Of a DNA stretch of 64,000 nt, positions 60,927-64,000 are shown piece by piece. This DNA is from an uncultured Solirubrobacterales bacterium (GTDB lineage: Bacteria > Actinomycetota > Thermoleophilia > Solirubrobacterales > Solirubrobacteraceae). The stretch spans positions 78,491-142,490 of the forward strand of contig CAWAFK010000001.1 of NCBI GenBank assembly GCA_963781325.1, in the 5' to 3' direction. The first letter of the stretch is position 1. Every line of letters starts with the position of its first letter. The position numbers were made by a program, and so were the translations under genes. The notes under the pieces were generated by a model, which saw only the letters and a list, made by a program, of their open reading frames with translations, made no database searches and was not told where the DNA came from.

Positions 60927-62437
60927 GTACCCGTTCAGGGGGTCGCTGCCTGATTTAGGGGGGGCTGGGCAGCAGTGAGGGCGCGGGCTGACCGTGATGG
61001 GCGGCGGTTGCGGCGTCGATCAGATATGCAAGCTTTGAGCGGCCTTGTAGGCGGCAGGTCTCGGTGATGGAGAGGATGCGCTCGACCCAGCGCTCGCCCT
61101 GCGCGGACTGGGTGCCGCCCTGGACCTTGCGCATGATGACACCGTGTCTCAGCGCTCTCTCCGCGGCGTTGTTGGTCATGGGTATATCGGGTACCTCGCA
61201 GAACGTCCAGAGCGCCGGCCATTCCGCCAGGAGTCCCGCGCAGAAGTTGGCGGTCTTCTCGTGACGGCCACGGGTGCCCTGCTCCAGCAGCGCCCTGATG
61301 TGCTCTTGTACCGGTGAGAGCTCCTCTCCCAGCCAGGCGAGGGTGTGCTCGCCTTCGAGGTAGAGACGGTGAATACGAAACACATCGCGTGCTGCTTTCA
61401 CGAGCTTCGTGCCGAGCTTCCCGGGAGCGCCCTGGCGCTCGGAGACCTCGATGAATTGACGGATCGCGTGCGCCCAACACAGCTGCTGTTGAAGCACATC
61501 GAGAAAGTGGTAGCCGGCGTAACGATCGCTGATGACGAACCCACCGAAGTCCTCCCCCAATAGCTCCTTGGCCGCTGCTTGGGAACGCGAGGGATCGATG
61601 CGGTAGCAGGCAAACAGTGCGGTCGCTGCCAGCCACAGCCACTGCTGGCGTCCCCGCAAACGCCAGCTCGTCTCATCAGCGTGAACGACCTCTGCTTCAC
61701 GGATCGCCCCTCGCAAATGCTCCCACGGGTCCGCGAGAACAGCACTCATCCGCATGATCGTGGCATCCACAGCACCCACTGAGATATCGATATGAAACAT
61801 CTCGCGTACGACGTCTGCGACCTGACGACGCGAAAGACGGAACACCCCAGCGAGCGTCGCGATGTGCGCCTCGAGCTTCGGCCCGAACGCCGAGCCAGAC
61901 ACACCCGCCGGCAGCCCCGCTAACTGGAGCTTGCCGCAGCCCGGGCAGCAGACCCGCAACAGCCGGTACTCGAAGACCAACGCACGGACCGCGGGCAACT
62001 CCCACTTCTGATGAATCACCGGATCGCCCACGCGCTGCTCGCAACCATCGAAGTCATGCCCACAGCCAGAGCAGCACTCCGGCAGATGCTCACTGCACCG
62101 ATCTACACGCTCCGGCGGCGCCATCTGACGATGCTTGCCCTCATGCCCTGGCTGCCCGCCCGGTCTACGCTCAGAGAGCTTCTTGACCTGTTCACGCGCC
62201 AACCGCCGCCGCTCCGCACGCGAGGCCGGTGGATCCGTGGACGGCGGCTTCGAGGAGTTACGAGAATCCTGCGAAAGCCGCCGCTCCAACTCCTCGACCC
62301 GCTCCCGCAACACACGGTTCTCCGCTACCAACTCGGCAACGAGCGCCTCAAGCTCAACCTCACGCGAAGACCCCAGCACGCTACATAACTACGCCCCCAA
62401 CCCCAAACCCCCTGCACCAAACCCCCTGAACGCCTAC
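60927..62437 (-). mobile_element. IS66-family insertion sequence, single-ORF (ISBst12-like) organisation
   Basis: Terminal inverted repeats GTACCCGTTCAGGGGGT / GTAGGCGTTCAGGGGGT (15/17) flanking the transposase; lower GC. Confidence 0.9.
60955..62379 (-). CDS. IS66 DDE transposase
   Basis: NSSKPPS.D, PGGQPGH.G, Cys clusters, HADETSW, SDRY, LCWAH, TNN.AERALR. Confidence 0.95.
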   Translation of the reverse strand: MLGSSREVELEALVAELVAENRVLRERVEELERRLSQDSRNSSKPPSTDPPASRAERRRLAREQVKKLSERRPGGQPGHEGKHRQMAPPERVDRCSEHLPECCSGCGHDFDGCEQRVGDPVIHQKWELPAVRALVFEYRLLRVCCPGCGKLQLAGLPAGVSGSAFGPKLEAHIATLAGVFRLSRRQVADVVREMFHIDISVGAVDATIMRMSAVLADPWEHLRGAIREAEVVHADETSWRLRGRQQWLWLAATALFACYRIDPSRSQAAAKELLGEDFGGFVISDRYAGYHFLDVLQQQLCWAHAIRQFIEVSERQGAPGKLGTKLVKAARDVFRIHRLYLEGEHTLAWLGEELSPVQEHIRALLEQGTRGRHEKTANFCAGLLAEWPALWTFCEVPDIPMTNNAAERALRHGVIMRKVQGGTQSAQGERWVERILSITETCRLQGRSKLAYLIDAATAAHHGQPAPSLLPSPP

Positions 62438-62643
62438 GCCAGACCAGCAGCGCGGCCAGCAACGTAACCCACCCGCACCACCTCGGTGCAACCTTGTGAA
62501 TCCGCCTCATCTGTGGTGCATCCTACGAGCGCGCTTGCCGGTGAGCAAGGACCGTCTCTGTCTTGGCGTTCGTCTCCTGCCCCGCGTCGACGCGAAGGGT
62601 GCCACCGACGGGAACGGCGAGTTAGGCCCGGTCTTCGGCCGGG

Positions 62644-62901
62644 GCGAGCGGGGCGGCGCGGGGCTCGGTGGACCGGGGCGAAGGCCTCGTGCCTCCCTTC
62701 GGGGCTTTGGGCTCGGCGAGCCCGGCCGGCCGCTGAGGGATGGCCGGCCTCCCGTTGGTCGGCCGGAGCGCTCAGGATCTCGTGTCACGAGATTCTGAGC
62801 TCCATCTCTCGTCGTCCGGCTCGGTGCTCCCGGCCCAAAGCCCCTTGCTCGGCCTTGAGGCCTTCGCCACCGCGTCCCCGGCCCCGCGCCGCCCCGCTCG
62901 C
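62644..62901. other. 258-nt nested imperfect inverted repeat
   Basis: Perfect 21-bp terminal arms, inner 12-bp arm pairs and an internal 31-bp palindrome at 62770-62800. Confidence 0.8.
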
Positions 62902-63184
62902 GAGAAACTGGAAAGGCAAACACTGCCCCTGACCCATTCTTGCGGCAAGAACCACAGCGCCCGATCTGCCCTCTTGGGTTCGACGGGGATCGATGGGCGG
63001 GGGAGAGGCCTCGGTGTGCTTGACGCTCGTCACGTCAGTCTCGGGGTGGTGCTCGGTGGTGCAAGCGGCCCCCGGGCCGAAGCAGGAAGGGTATTGAGAA
63101 GCGGGGATGATTGACATCGCGGGCGCCGCCGGTGAATGGTGCGCTGTAAAAAACAGCAGCAACGAGGGGTGCGTGGGTAGGAGG

Positions 63185-63405
63185 GCTGCTCGGGCGCCGG
63201 TAGGGTCGGCTGGTTTAGGCAGTCGCAGTCCAGAGGGACTGCTAGGGGGGAGTGATGCGCCTCCCGCTGGGGCGGGGTTGGGGGTTGGCGCTCCGGTGCG
63301 AAGTGAGCGGCCGTGTCGTGGCCTGCGGCGGCCGCGTCGGGCAGCGCTCGGTGGCTCGGTAGGGTTGGTTGGTCGAGAGCATGTCGCAGTTCAGAGGAAC
63401 TGCGA
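63185..63405. repeat. Two ~60-bp related units, each ending in a hairpin with an AGAG loop
   Basis: CGGTAGGGT.GG.TGGT...GTCGCAGTYCAGAGGRACTGC at about 63198 and 63357. Confidence 0.7.
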
Positions 63406-63422
63406 TGGCGAAATGATGCACT

Positions 63423-63569
63423 TCACGCGCGGCCCAGCCGGATGAGCGTCCTGCGAGTTCCGTCCGTACCCTCCGCTAACATATGCCCTATCGGCGGTTG
63501 GTATTGACCATCGCGGTGCGTACCGGCAGCGACTACGGTGTCACGGTGAGCACGATCAACGTCAGTCAT
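63423..63569 (-). CDS. Possible 48-aa small ORF or gene remnant
   Basis: AAAGGA RBS 10 nt before the ATG, downstream of a hairpin; no recognisable motif. Confidence 0.3.
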   Translation of the reverse strand: MTDVDRAHRDTVVAAGTHRDGQYQPPIGHMLAEGTDGTRRTLIRLGRA

Positions 63570-63663
63570 CTGGCTGAATTCCTTTCGAGCGAAGTGACGG
63601 TTTGGGGTGTCCCCGGGGATCCCTGTCACGACACCCCCAAGGGCCGCGACGTCGAGTGGACGA

Positions 63664-64000
63664 TCAGCCGCCAGGCCGAGGCTGCCGTGCATTGAGCACC
63701 GTGCGGGTGCGCCGTGCGCGAGATTGGAGCCCACCCGCACCGCCGGCCAGCCGTTCGCGCAGCGCTGCCAGGTCCTCGCCGGTGTCGATGTCGAGCAGCA
63801 GCGAGAGCACCCGCTCCACGCGGCAGGGGACCCCGGCCTCGCGCGCAAGCTGGGCGTGGCGCGCGCGGCTGCCGGGCCCGAAGCTGGGTTCGATCGCCCC
63901 CGGCGGGGTGAGCAGCAGCCCGTTGGTGCCGGTGCCGTGGCGGTCGGGCACGATCACGACCTCGCCGCTGCCCACGTCGCCCGCGTCGCCCGTGTTACCC
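63664..64000 (-). CDS. cofC: 2-phospho-L-lactate/PEP guanylyltransferase (F420 biosynthesis), 3' part only
   Basis: [14 protein letters not shown]...H, LDIDT..DL. Confidence 0.88.
   Translation of the reverse strand, partial: GNTGDAGDVGSGEVVIVPDRHGTGTNGLLLTPPGAIEPSFGPGSRARHAQLAREAGVPCRVERVLSLLLDIDTGEDLAALRERLAGGAGGLQSRARRTRTVLNARQPRPGG

Noticed and set aside
62970-63120. tmRNA (GGGTTCGACGGGGAT resembles its 5' region)
   Set aside because: No matching acceptor stem, T-arm/CCA 3' end or tag reading frame found.

Overview
Very GC-rich actinobacterial chromosome segment. Gene content and style (cofC, class II GlyQS, many leaderless promoters) suggest Thermoleophilia/Solirubrobacterales; this is an inference. 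Many genes, including essential glyQS, carry single-base frameshifts, so the assembly probably has uncorrected long-read indels. In order: rhomboid, PCD and a CorC-type protein; beta-oxidation genes; a secreted peptidoglycan-binding protein; an enolase-superfamily enzyme; xseAB; a stand-alone DnaC/IstB-like ATPase; a hipBA-type TA pair; a block (MFS, cydAB, ndh, GMC oxidoreductase, GH15, zwf, CLC channel, small membrane proteins) ending in a MalT-like LuxR STAND regulator; cydDC-trxB; more acyl-CoA genes; glyQS; tRNA-Pro(TGG) followed by Xre-RES and Fic modules; an acylphosphatase-LigD phosphoesterase fusion; an ECF sigma/anti-sigma with a cupredoxin/SCO/TlpA cluster; NlpC/P60; a complete single-ORF IS66; a structured 1.2-kb largely non-coding region; the 3' part of cofC. 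Main observations: (1) TCAYCC-N5-GGGTGA boxes repeated at exact 24-bp phase at several promoters near the MalT-like gene, a candidate regulon; (2) the acylphosphatase-LigD-PE fusion; (3) a 52-bp palindromic element with compensatory base changes, once intergenic and once in frame inside CydC; (4) frequent tandem micro-duplications centred on start/stop codons; (5) a 258-nt nested inverted repeat and twin covarying hairpins next to IS66.
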